Positions 8,789-18,097 are shown, numbered from the stretch's first letter. The stretch: DNA of 32,000 nt from an uncultured archaeon (GCA_964565725.1 CAZMGA010000004.1:1-32000); one strand, 5' to 3'. Made by a program: numbers and translations. Notes: generated by a model not told the origin, from the letters alone.

Positions 8789-9125
8789 AAACTACTAACC
8801 TCGTTATTATTGTTTTATTACAATTTATTGATCCCAAAGACAGTTTTAAATTATTTTGTAGATCATATATTCTTATTTCTTTTATTGGTTCTTTTAATTT
8901 TATGTTTTCAATATTATTTGTTAAAGTTATATTACTTCTAATTTTGGCAAAACCAACACCTTCGGGATTGTTTTTAGATGTTGCATTTTCAGTAATTGTT
9001 ATTTGTTCTAAAAAATTAGAAAATTGATTTTCTTGAACTTTTATCGTAGTGAATAAGATTATAAATCCTAAAATAATAGTAATAATTATTATCGGTAAAT
9101 CTAATATAGTTTGACCTTTATTCAT
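8745..9125 (-). CDS. Class III signal peptide/prepilin-like protein
   Basis: N-terminus MNKGQTILDLPIIIITIILGFIILFTTIKVQE; overlaps its neighbours. Confidence 0.6.
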   Translation of the reverse strand: MNKGQTILDLPIIIITIILGFIILFTTIKVQENQFSNFLEQITITENATSKNNPEGVGFAKIRSNITLTNNIENIKLKEPIKEIRIYDLQNNLKLSLGSINCNKTIITRLVVYESETAIAKFTFCK

Positions 9126-9363
9126 AATGTCTCCTTATATGTATGTCATTATTATCTACAAATGGTCCAAATATGTTTTCTTTTATATAACCTTTATTAA
9201 AACTATTTTCTATATTTTTGAAATAATTGTTTTCATTAGTTATTTTATTGTTATATTCTATCTTATAATTATTAAAATTATTTAAATTCATTAAAAATAA
9301 AGACAATAAAGTTAATATTGCAAAAAGTATTAATAATAAGAACAAAGATATTTGCCCTTTCAA
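9118..9363 (-). CDS. Small prepilin-like secreted/membrane protein
   Basis: N-terminus MKGQISLFLLLILFAILTLLSLFLMNL, 81 aa, overlaps flanking genes. Confidence 0.55.
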   Translation of the reverse strand: MKGQISLFLLLILFAILTLLSLFLMNLNNFNNYKIEYNNKITNENNYFKNIENSFNKGYIKENIFGPFVDNNDIHIRRHYE

Positions 9364-9828
9364 ATTATCACCACATTTTCAATTGAAAAATTCTTAGGTA
9401 TTTCTATACTTATAGATTTATTATTTTTTATAATCGTTTTAGATTTTTTGTTTATTATAGAATATTTATAGTAAATACAATCTAATTCACCACAAGGAAT
9501 TATTTCTACTAATAAGTTTGTTTCTGTTGATAATATTAAAGGAAAATTAAAATCATTTAATATATTATTTGTATATAGATCTATATTTGGTTTTAATTCC
9601 TCTATATTTTGATTAGTTTTTACTTTCAAATCAAGATATTGTTTTAAATTATTGTAAAAATTATACTCAAAATTAGTTCTATCATAAACTAAATCTTTTG
9701 AAGTAATAATTTCATTAATTAATTTATTTTCTTCTAAATATTTTGAAATGTTTAACGAAAAAATAGCTAACACAAATAATAGTATAATTGTAATTATAGT
9801 TGTTGTGATAAATCCTTTACTGTTCATC
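9360..9828 (-). CDS. Prepilin-like protein; likely start at MNSKGF rather than the longer track start (9896)
   Basis: MNSKGFITTTIITIILLFVLAIFSLNISKYLEEN resembles a type IV prepilin N-terminus; the longer start overlaps the upstream gene by 80 nt. Confidence 0.55.
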
Positions 9829-10647
9829 ATAATCAAAAGCATTAAAACAAAATTTAATTTCTCTAATTTCTTTTCCTTCTGGTTTATATTTTTCAAAAAT
9901 TTTATTATCTAATTCCAAATAATCATCAAATTTTTCAGAATTATAAAAATCAAATATTAAGGTTTTATATTTGTATTTTGTCTTGACAAAATAATTTGTA
10001 CTAAAATCACTCATTTCTGCAACACAAACTTTGGCATTAAAATCTCCTAATTTGTGCATTATTGCACATGTTAAAATGCATATATCTAATTGATTACCGG
10101 TTTTTAATTTTAATATTTCTTCAGAACCTAATAAATAATTAAATGATTTTTGAGTTAATATTATAAAATTATCTTCTAATAAAGAATACCAATTTTCTAT
10201 TGCTTGTAAGTAATTATTTTCATAAGAATATGGTTTTGGAGTAATATTTTCATAAATCATGTCAAAATCTATATTTTCATATTTTATTAAACTTTTTAAT
10301 TCTTCTGAGTTTTTGTTTATTATAATATTATTTAAATTTTTTTCTAAAATGTACTTTAAATAGTCATTAAAAGCTTTATCTTCTTTATTTTTTTTAATTT
10401 CTTTATTTAACTTTTTAGTCATTTCTTCAAGTCTAAATTTTAATTTTGCAGGATTATTTTCATATATTTCTTGAAGTTCTTTATTATATTTATTTAGTTG
10501 AACTAAAAGTTTATCTTTTATAGTTTGATTTTGTTCTTTATTAAGCTCTTTTTGAATTTTGTTTATTTTTGTTAATAACTTTTGTTCTAAATTAGGAATT
10601 TCATTTTTAAAAATTTGTTTTGATAACTTGGCTAATAATTTAGTCAT
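9817..10647 (-). CDS. Hypothetical protein with coiled-coil N-terminal half and possible degenerate transglutaminase-like C-terminal half
   Basis: Glu/Lys/Asn-rich helical region; GNQLDICILTCAIMHKLGDFNAKVCVAEMSDFS...YKTLIFDFYNSEKFDDY loosely matches the transglutaminase-like core layout but lacks the canonical GxCxd cysteine. Confidence 0.4.
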   Translation of the reverse strand: MTKLLAKLSKQIFKNEIPNLEQKLLTKINKIQKELNKEQNQTIKDKLLVQLNKYNKELQEIYENNPAKLKFRLEEMTKKLNKEIKKNKEDKAFNDYLKYILEKNLNNIIINKNSEELKSLIKYENIDFDMIYENITPKPYSYENNYLQAIENWYSLLEDNFIILTQKSFNYLLGSEEILKLKTGNQLDICILTCAIMHKLGDFNAKVCVAEMSDFSTNYFVKTKYKYKTLIFDFYNSEKFDDYLELDNKIFEKYKPEGKEIREIKFCFNAFDYDEQ

Positions 10648-10681
10648 ATTAGAATACAGTTTAAGTTATATTTATTTATTT

Positions 10682-12286
10682 CTATACTTTTAAAAAATCT
10701 TTTTTCATTCTTTTTAGTTCTTCTCTATCAAAATTAATTGTATTAAAATTGACTTTTTCTGAATTCATGTTTGTTAAAGATTTAATACTTTTTTTTACTT
10801 CTTTTATAAATTGTGTTTTATTAAATTTAAATTCCGAATATAATTTATTGTTTTTTTCAAAAGTATTTTTATGTTTTCTTTTAAAAGCTTTTGAATTTTT
10901 AGTGTCTTTTATAAATGGACCATTAATAATGTCTTTAAAATTTGTTTCTAAAATTATATATCCTTTATTGTTAAAATAAATTCCAGAATAGTTTTCAATT
11001 TTGTAATGTTTTGTGTTTAAATCATTAGATATTTTTTTAGTTATACTTTTTATTATACCCCAGTTAGAATCAAACGTTTTACCATTTATATTTAATTTAA
11101 AACAAAATATATTTTTCAAATTATTTTCATAGATATCACTAAAAAAATATTTTTGACTTGGTTTTATTAAGTATTCTTTTGCTAATTTTTCAAATATTAA
11201 CCAATTTTTTTTAGAAACTGCTGATGCTACATTTCTGTTTTTGTCTGTAGGGTCTAAAAAAACTAAATAATCATCAAACTTCTTTTTTTTATTATTCTTC
11301 AAAATTGTTAAATATTTATTTTCATTTAAATTAGACATATTTTTTAACACATTCTCAAACGTTTTGAACTTTAATATAAATAATTCAGTTAAATATCCTG
11401 AAAAACCATTATTTTTTTGATCTGCTCCATATAATAAATTATTTTTCAAAAATTGTTTTAATAATATTATTTGTTTTTTACTATCTTCATTTTGGTGTTT
11501 ATTTAAAAATTTTAGATGTAAAGGAGTTCTGTCAACACTTGATTTTTTATCCTTAATATTTTTAATATAAAATCCTGGTACGAAATCTATAGCATGATTT
11601 TCAATTATTGCTTTTAAATAAGGGTGTTCCCCGTATTCTTCTACAAAATTTACTTTTGGATATGCCTTTCTTAAAAGAGTTTCATTATATTTTTTTACAT
11701 CTTCAATTGATACTTTTAAATCATATAAACAAAAAATATCTAAATCTTTTTTATTGTGTAAAAAAGTTCCTCTTGCAGAGGATCCTGCTAAAATAATTTT
11801 TTTAATTGGCAATTTCATTTTTTTTGCTTCTTTATTTAATTTTGAAATTATATTTTTGCTTAATTTATTTATTGCTAATAATTCTTCTTTTGTGGGCTTT
11901 ATTTTATTATATACTTTGTCTAAAAAATTATTATCTGATTTTATATCATAAGCTATACTTTTAATTTCAATTTTAAAATCCCTTGCTGTTTTTCTCATCA
12001 TAAAATCATCTGTATGTAATTCTGCATTTAATTCATACGCTAATGCTAATACTTCTATATCTGTAAAAGATAATTGTTTTGAACATTTTTTCTTAATTAT
12101 ATTTATTGTATCTTTTTTAGGGTCTTGTACTTTTATTTTTGCATTATAAATTAAATTTTCAAAAATTGATTTTTGATTATTATTCAATATTTCGCTTATT
12201 ACTGAGTTGGTAGTATATACATAATTTAAATCGTCAAAATAAAATCTATTTAAAAAAGCTGAACTATCAAAAACAATTTTTTTCAT
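10682..12286 (-). CDS. cca: Fusion: N-terminal Nob1-like PIN ribonuclease domain + archaeal class I CCA-adding tRNA nucleotidyltransferase
   Basis: aa 1-112: VFDSSAFLNRF, TTNSVISEIL, LSFTDIEVLALAYELNAELHTDDFMMRKTARDFKIEI (PIN acidic residues D7, E32, D76, D94). aa ~118-534: NKIKPTKEE, LAGSSARGTFLHNKKDLDIFCL, EYGEHPYLKAIIENHAIDFVPGF, SSVDRTPLH, LLKQFLKNNLLYGADQKNNGFSGYLTELFILKFKTFENVL (archaeal CCA enzyme). Confidence 0.9.
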   Translation of the reverse strand: MKKIVFDSSAFLNRFYFDDLNYVYTTNSVISEILNNNQKSIFENLIYNAKIKVQDPKKDTINIIKKKCSKQLSFTDIEVLALAYELNAELHTDDFMMRKTARDFKIEIKSIAYDIKSDNNFLDKVYNKIKPTKEELLAINKLSKNIISKLNKEAKKMKLPIKKIILAGSSARGTFLHNKKDLDIFCLYDLKVSIEDVKKYNETLLRKAYPKVNFVEEYGEHPYLKAIIENHAIDFVPGFYIKNIKDKKSSVDRTPLHLKFLNKHQNEDSKKQIILLKQFLKNNLLYGADQKNNGFSGYLTELFILKFKTFENVLKNMSNLNENKYLTILKNNKKKKFDDYLVFLDPTDKNRNVASAVSKKNWLIFEKLAKEYLIKPSQKYFFSDIYENNLKNIFCFKLNINGKTFDSNWGIIKSITKKISNDLNTKHYKIENYSGIYFNNKGYIILETNFKDIINGPFIKDTKNSKAFKRKHKNTFEKNNKLYSEFKFNKTQFIKEVKKSIKSLTNMNSEKVNFNTINFDREELKRMKKDFLKV

Positions 12287-12333
12287 AATAATATATAATA
12301 TATAGTTTTAAATTTATACTTTTATATATATTT
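12287..12333. promoter_or_regulatory. Probable divergent promoter region between PIN-CCA and tRNase Z genes
   Basis: 47-bp gap with TATA-like runs (atatatataatatatag; tatatatatttatgg) serving both strands. Confidence 0.45.
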
Positions 12334-13245
12334 ATGGTTTTTAATGCAAGATTATTAGGAATTAGTAGTTCTATACCTTTAAAAGATAGAAATCACACCT
12401 CTTTAGCGATAAGGTTTGATGGAGATGTAATTTTATTTGACTGTGGAGAAGGTATTCAACAACAGTTTATGAAAAGTAAATTAAGTTTTATGGACATTAA
12501 TGCTATATTTATTACTCATTTTCATGCTGATCATTTTTTAGGTTTGCCCGGTTTATTGGCTACTATGTCTTTACATAAAAGAACTATTCCAATTAAAATT
12601 TTTGGGCCTGTAGGAATTAAAGAAAGAGTAGAATCAATATTAAAATCTTTTACTATAGAATTATTTTATGATTTAGAATTTTTTGAATTATTTGAAGGAA
12701 AAGTTTATGAAACAAAAAATTATGAAGTTTACGCTAAAAAAATGAATCATCAAATTTTAAATTATGGTTTTGTTTTTAAAGAAAAAGATAAAGTAGGTAC
12801 ATTTTCTAAAGTTAAAGCATTAAAGTTAGGAATTCCTGAAGGTCCTTTATTTTCTGAATTACAAAATGGTAAAACAATAATTTTTAATAAAAAAGAAATA
12901 AAACCTTTAGATGTAATGGATTATTCTTTAAATAAAAAAGGTTTATCTTTAGGTTATATTGTGGATTGTAATGATAAAGGTTATGAAAATTTTATTAAAG
13001 ATTTAGATATATTATTTCACGAAACTACCTTTATGAAAAAAGACTCTTTACAAGCAAAAAAAACATTACATTCTATAACTACTGATGTTGCAAAAATAGC
13101 TAAAGATTCAAATGTTAAAAATTTAATTATTATGAATTTCAGTGCAAGATATACTAATTTAGAAGAAGTATTGTATGAAGTTCAAAATATTTATGATAAA
13201 GCTGAAATTGGGGAAGAATTAAAAATATATGAAATAAAAAAGTGA
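12334..13245 (+). CDS. rnz: Ribonuclease Z (tRNA 3'-endonuclease)
   Basis: LGISSSIPLKDRNHTS, FDCGEGIQQQF, ITHFHADHFLGLPGLLATMSL (HxHxDH), LIIMNFSARY: classic tRNase Z motifs. Confidence 0.96.
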   Translation: MVFNARLLGISSSIPLKDRNHTSLAIRFDGDVILFDCGEGIQQQFMKSKLSFMDINAIFITHFHADHFLGLPGLLATMSLHKRTIPIKIFGPVGIKERVESILKSFTIELFYDLEFFELFEGKVYETKNYEVYAKKMNHQILNYGFVFKEKDKVGTFSKVKALKLGIPEGPLFSELQNGKTIIFNKKEIKPLDVMDYSLNKKGLSLGYIVDCNDKGYENFIKDLDILFHETTFMKKDSLQAKKTLHSITTDVAKIAKDSNVKNLIIMNFSARYTNLEEVLYEVQNIYDKAEIGEELKIYEIKK

Positions 13246-13631
13246 TGTTTATGTTAATTATATTTGATTATTTTGATGTTATATCTGAAAACTACAATAA
13301 TTATAAATTTCAAACGTTATTAGATAAGTTATCTAAAAAAAATGATTTGGTTATTTTAACAAATAGTGGAAAAAATTTTAGAGTAATGTTTGAAAGATTA
13401 TTAATAAATAAATATTTTAAAAAATTATATATTTCTGGAGAAAATAATTTTATTAAGCCATCATTTGAAAGTTTTAATAATGTTTTAAAAGATTATAAAA
13501 TTGATCCTAAAAATTGTTTGTTTATAGACAACACTTATAGCAATTTTAAAAATTCTAAAATTTTGGGTATTAATAGTATACTTTATTCTAATTTAGAAAA
13601 TCTAGAAAACGATTTAAAAAAATATTTTTAG
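13242..13631 (+). CDS. Small HAD-superfamily hydrolase-like protein
   Basis: IIFDYFDVI (motif I position), LVILTNSG (motif II), KPSFESFNNVLKDYKIDPKNCLFIDNTYSNFKNSKILGI (motifs III/IV); more plausible starts at ATG 13245 or 13251. Confidence 0.6.
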   Translation: MMFMLIIFDYFDVISENYNNYKFQTLLDKLSKKNDLVILTNSGKNFRVMFERLLINKYFKKLYISGENNFIKPSFESFNNVLKDYKIDPKNCLFIDNTYSNFKNSKILGINSILYSNLENLENDLKKYF

Positions 13632-13639
13632 GAATTAAA

Positions 13640-16270
13640 ATGAAAATATTAACTATAAATGAAGCTCCAAAGAGTGAACAAGTTTCAGCATTATTAAGAC
13701 CTTATTTTAAAAAATGGTTTTTTAATAAATATAAAGATTTTACTGAACCACAAAAATTATCTATACCTTCAATTTATTTAGAAAATAATACTTTGATTAC
13801 TGCTCCAACAGGTTCTGGAAAAACAATTTCTGCTTTTGGGGCTATATTAAATGATTTGTTTAAAAAATCTGAAAAAAAAGAATTAAAAAAAGAAATTTAT
13901 TGTATTTACATAAGTCCATTAAAAGCATTAATTAATGATGTAGAAAAAAATTTAATGTTGCCATTAGAAGAAATAAAAGTATTTGCAAAAAAAGAAAAAA
14001 TAGATTTAAATGTTAGTGTAAGTATAAGAACTGGAGATGTAGAAGCAAAAGAAAAAGCTAAGCAATTGAGAAATCCTCCTACTATTTTATGTACTACGCC
14101 AGAAACATTAGCAATATTATTGAGTACTACTAAATTTAAAGAGAAATTAAAAAGTGTAAAATATGTAGTAATAGATGAAATTCACGAATTAGCAAATTCT
14201 AAACGAGGGGCGCACTTATCTTTAAGTTTAGAACGTTTACAAAATTTAACTGGAAATAAATTAATTAGAATAGGTTTAGGTGCAACATTAGAACCATTAG
14301 AAGAAGTAGCTAAATTTTTAGTAGGTTATAACGATAAAAAATTAAGAGATTGTATTATTATAGATGGTAGATTTATTAAAAAAACAAATATTAAAGTTTT
14401 TTCACCTAGCCCTGACTTAATTTATATGGATGGAGAACAAATAAATGAAAAGTTATATTCCGAATTAAATAAATTAATTAAAATGCATAAAACTACATTA
14501 ATTTTTACAAATACTAGATCTGGGACTGAAAGAATTGTTCATAATTTAAAAGAAAATTTTCCTGAAACTTATAGCGAAGAGGATATTGGTGCACATCATT
14601 CAAGTGTGTCTAAAAATATTAGGTTAGATTTAGAAAATAAATTAAAAGAAGGAAAATTAAAAGTAATTGTTAGTTCAACAAGTTTAGAATTAGGTATTGA
14701 TATAGGGTATGTTGATTTAGTAGTACAAATTGGTTCTCCTAAATCCGTATCAAAAGCATTACAAAGAATAGGTAGAGCTAATCACAAAGTTAATTCAATT
14801 GCAAAAGGAAGAGTTATTTGTTTAGATAGAGATGATTTAGTGGAAACCAATGTGATGTTTAAAAAAGCAGAAGAATATTGGTTAGATAGGATCTATATTG
14901 TTAAAAATTGTTTAGACGTTTTATGTCAACAAATAATTGGTTTAAGTTTAGAAAATAAATGGAATATTAATGATGCTTTTAATTTAATAAAAAATTCTTA
15001 TTGTTATCATGATTTAAAAGAAGAAGATTATTTTTTAGTTTTAAATTATTTGGCTGGAAAATATCATAGTTTAGAAGAAAAAAAAGTTTATGCTAAAATT
15101 TATTTGGATGATGAAAATAAAGAATTTGGAAAAAGAGGAAAATTAGCTAGAGCAATTTATTCTATGAATGTTGGTACTATACCTGATGAAGTTAAAGTTA
15201 AAGTAAAAACTAAAGATGGAAAAATTATTGGGTCTATAGAAGAGGATTTTTTATCTCGTTTAACCAAAGGAGATATTTTTGTATTAGCTGGAAATACTTA
15301 TCAATATTTGTATTCAAAAGGTATGACTGCAACAGTAATTTATGTTAAAGATAAAAAACCAACAGTACCATCGTGGTTTTCTGAACAATTACCATTAAAT
15401 TATGATTTGGCAATTGAAATAGGCAAGTTCAGATCAGAAATATTTCATTTATTAAAATTAAAATCTAAAACAGAAGTAATTGAATTTGTTTTAGAAAATT
15501 ATAAAATAAATGATTATGGTGCAAAAGCAATTGTGGATTATTTTTATTATCAATTAAAATTTTTAGAAAAATTAAAAATAATTGATTACCCATCAGACGT
15601 AAATTTATTGATTGAAAATTATGTTGATGATAGTGGAAATAAAAATTTAATATTTCATAGTTTGTATGGAAGAAGAGTAAATGATGCATTATCACGAGTT
15701 TTTGCATATGTTTTATCAAGATATGTTGAAAGATCAATACCTATTACTGTAAACGATAATGGGTTTATTTTAATGGTTCATGCTGCAGATAAATTTTTGA
15801 TGCCATCCCCATTAGAATTATTGTCTAGAATAAACAACAAAAATTTTGAAGAATTATTAATATTGGCTATAAAACAAACAGAGTTAGTTAAAAGAAAGTT
15901 TAGACATGTAGCATCTCGTTCATTTATGATATTAAGAAATTATATGGGTCATGAATCTAATGTTGGTTGGCAACAAATAAGTTCAGAAAGATTATTTAAA
16001 GTTTGTGAATCTATTGAAAATTTTCCAATAATTAAAGAAACATATAGAGAGATAATAGAAGACTATATGGATGTAAAAACTGCTAAAGAAATATTAAAAA
16101 ATATTGAGGATAAAAAAATTAAAATGAAATTTTTGCCTGAAAGTTCTTTGCCTTCTCCATTTGCACATAATTTATTGGTTTTATCTGATTTAGATATTGT
16201 TTTAATTGATGATAGAAAAAAAGCATTATTAGAATTACATAAAAAAATTATTGAGGATGTAGGAATATGA
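13640..16270 (+). CDS. lhr: Lhr-family superfamily 2 helicase
   Basis: TAPTGSGKTISAFGAILNDL, YISPLKALINDVEKNL, VIDEIHELANSKRGAHLSLSLERL, STSLELGIDIGYVDLVVQIGSPKSVSKALQRIGRANH, C-terminal PSPFAHNLLVLSD...DDRKKALLELHKKI. Confidence 0.95.
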   Translation: MKILTINEAPKSEQVSALLRPYFKKWFFNKYKDFTEPQKLSIPSIYLENNTLITAPTGSGKTISAFGAILNDLFKKSEKKELKKEIYCIYISPLKALINDVEKNLMLPLEEIKVFAKKEKIDLNVSVSIRTGDVEAKEKAKQLRNPPTILCTTPETLAILLSTTKFKEKLKSVKYVVIDEIHELANSKRGAHLSLSLERLQNLTGNKLIRIGLGATLEPLEEVAKFLVGYNDKKLRDCIIIDGRFIKKTNIKVFSPSPDLIYMDGEQINEKLYSELNKLIKMHKTTLIFTNTRSGTERIVHNLKENFPETYSEEDIGAHHSSVSKNIRLDLENKLKEGKLKVIVSSTSLELGIDIGYVDLVVQIGSPKSVSKALQRIGRANHKVNSIAKGRVICLDRDDLVETNVMFKKAEEYWLDRIYIVKNCLDVLCQQIIGLSLENKWNINDAFNLIKNSYCYHDLKEEDYFLVLNYLAGKYHSLEEKKVYAKIYLDDENKEFGKRGKLARAIYSMNVGTIPDEVKVKVKTKDGKIIGSIEEDFLSRLTKGDIFVLAGNTYQYLYSKGMTATVIYVKDKKPTVPSWFSEQLPLNYDLAIEIGKFRSEIFHLLKLKSKTEVIEFVLENYKINDYGAKAIVDYFYYQLKFLEKLKIIDYPSDVNLLIENYVDDSGNKNLIFHSLYGRRVNDALSRVFAYVLSRYVERSIPITVNDNGFILMVHAADKFLMPSPLELLSRINNKNFEELLILAIKQTELVKRKFRHVASRSFMILRNYMGHESNVGWQQISSERLFKVCESIENFPIIKETYREIIEDYMDVKTAKEILKNIEDKKIKMKFLPESSLPSPFAHNLLVLSDLDIVLIDDRKKALLELHKKIIEDVGI

Positions 16271-17016
16271 TAAAAATTTTTGATAATATTTATTGCATTG
16301 ATAAAGCATTGTTTTTTAAAAAACAAAAACTTTTAGTTATTTCTGATTTGCAAATAGGTCAAGAATCTTATTTGGCAAATTCTGGTATTTTTGTGCCCCA
16401 GTTTCAAACCAATGAAATGATAATTAATTTGAAAAGTTTAATAAAAAAAACTAATGCCCAAACAGTTTTAATAAATGGGGATTTTAAACATAATTTTTCT
16501 TCTGCATTAAATCAAGAATGGAGAGAAATATCTAGATTTATATTGGAAATAAAAGAGTTAGTTAAAAATATTGTAATTGTGAAAGGTAATCATGATAATT
16601 TTTTACAAAATATATTAAATCAACACAATATTAGATTAGTTAATTTTGCATTAATTGATGAATATTTGTTTTTACATGGCGATAAAAACTTAGATTTTGA
16701 TTTAAAAAAATACACTACTTTAATAATAGGTCATGAACAACCAGCAATAGTTTTGCGTCAAGGTTTTGAAAAGTTTAAAATTCCTTGTTTTTTGTATGGT
16801 AAAACTTTTGATGAAAAACAGTTTATATTATTACCTAGCTTTTCTCCTTTATCATCTGGTGTTGAAATAAATAATATTGAAAAAAAAGATTTATTAAGTC
16901 CTATCCTTAAAAACAATTTAGATTTAGATTCTTTGAAAGTTATAGCTATAGATAAAGATGCTGGAATTTTAAAATTTCCAGAAATTAAAAAGTTAAGAGA
17001 ATTATTGTTTTTTTAA
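16267..17016 (+). CDS. Lhr-associated metallophosphoesterase
   Basis: LLVISDLQIGQE, LINGDFKHNF, VKGNHDNFL, LFLHGDKN, IIGHEQPAI: calcineurin-like motifs; 4-nt overlap with lhr, a common association. Confidence 0.93.
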   Translation: MIKIFDNIYCIDKALFFKKQKLLVISDLQIGQESYLANSGIFVPQFQTNEMIINLKSLIKKTNAQTVLINGDFKHNFSSALNQEWREISRFILEIKELVKNIVIVKGNHDNFLQNILNQHNIRLVNFALIDEYLFLHGDKNLDFDLKKYTTLIIGHEQPAIVLRQGFEKFKIPCFLYGKTFDEKQFILLPSFSPLSSGVEINNIEKKDLLSPILKNNLDLDSLKVIAIDKDAGILKFPEIKKLRELLFF

Positions 17017-18090
17017 TTCCATCAAAATATTTATTGCATCTTTTATATCTTTAGTGCTTTGTTTATTTTGGGATACATTTAATTTATTTTTTAAAAATTT
17101 AATATGTTTGTTAATTTCTGTAATTGATAAATTAGGTATAGTAAAAATATATCCTGTTAATGCTCTTAGATATTCTGGTGTTGAATTATTTAATTCTGAA
17201 ACTAACCTCTCAAAAATTTTTCTTGCTGAATTTCTCTGATTGGCATTATCTAAGCAGTAAGCTTTTATTAATTCTCCTTTTACTTCTAATTTTTTATCTC
17301 CTATTTCTTTTGCAAGTTTTATAAATTCATCTATATTCTTAAATACCTTTGAATAGTTTTTATTTTTTCTTAATGCTTCAAAATAAACCCAAGAAACATT
17401 TAATTTTACTGGATAATCTAATGGTATAGATTCATATATTTCAATAATTGTAGAATACATTTCTTTGTCATAAAAATATCTTAATGATTTATATAGGGAA
17501 AAATTATCAAATTCATAATTTTTTATTTTTTTAATAATTTCTTCAATTGCTAATTTAGGTTTGAATTTTATCAAAAACAAAATTTTTTTTAATTCTAATA
17601 ATTCCATTTCCCTTTTATTTAAGTTTTTAGTTTTGGCCATATTATAAGTAATGGAAAAAGAAGTAGTATCATTAATTTCTAAGAAAAAATCTAACAATTC
17701 AAAAATTAAATTTAAATTTGGTTTTATGTGGCTATATTTTTTTAGAATAATTTTTATTTCATCATATTTTTTTAAATTTTTTAGTATGCCTATATAGTTT
17801 CCCAAAATATTGTTCATATCTATATTTTTACTTTCTGCCAAATAAAAAATTCTTTTTGCCACATCATAATTTCTTAAATATTTTGCACATTCTATAGCTA
17901 AATAAAAAACTCTTTCGTTGGTATTTCCTAATTCTATTAAACTTTTTAAACCTCTTAAAGCAGAATGATAATCTTTTTTTTGTATTTGGTTATTAATTTT
18001 ATCTATTTTTTTTGCTTGTTTTTGTGTAGATCTAGTAATGGTTGGAAGTTCTTTAATTTTTCTACGTATAGGTTCTAAATTTTTAGGCAT
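17002..18090 (-). CDS. Alpha-helical/TPR-like repeat protein
   Basis: Repeating helix pairs such as HSALRGLKSLIELGNTNERVFYLAIECAKYLRNYDVAKRIFYLAESK; convergent 15-nt overlap with the phosphoesterase. Confidence 0.65.
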   Translation of the reverse strand: MPKNLEPIRRKIKELPTITRSTQKQAKKIDKINNQIQKKDYHSALRGLKSLIELGNTNERVFYLAIECAKYLRNYDVAKRIFYLAESKNIDMNNILGNYIGILKNLKKYDEIKIILKKYSHIKPNLNLIFELLDFFLEINDTTSFSITYNMAKTKNLNKREMELLELKKILFLIKFKPKLAIEEIIKKIKNYEFDNFSLYKSLRYFYDKEMYSTIIEIYESIPLDYPVKLNVSWVYFEALRKNKNYSKVFKNIDEFIKLAKEIGDKKLEVKGELIKAYCLDNANQRNSARKIFERLVSELNNSTPEYLRALTGYIFTIPNLSITEINKHIKFLKNKLNVSQNKQSTKDIKDAINILMELKKQ

Positions 18091-18097
18091 AATATCC

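Noticed and set aside
10749-11951. Plus-strand ORFs opposite the PIN-CCA gene
   Set aside because: Antisense to conserved CCA-enzyme motifs; Phe/Leu-rich as expected for the complement of an AT-rich gene.
15465-16326. Minus-strand ORFs opposite lhr
   Set aside because: Shadow ORFs overlapping conserved Lhr C-terminal coding sequence.
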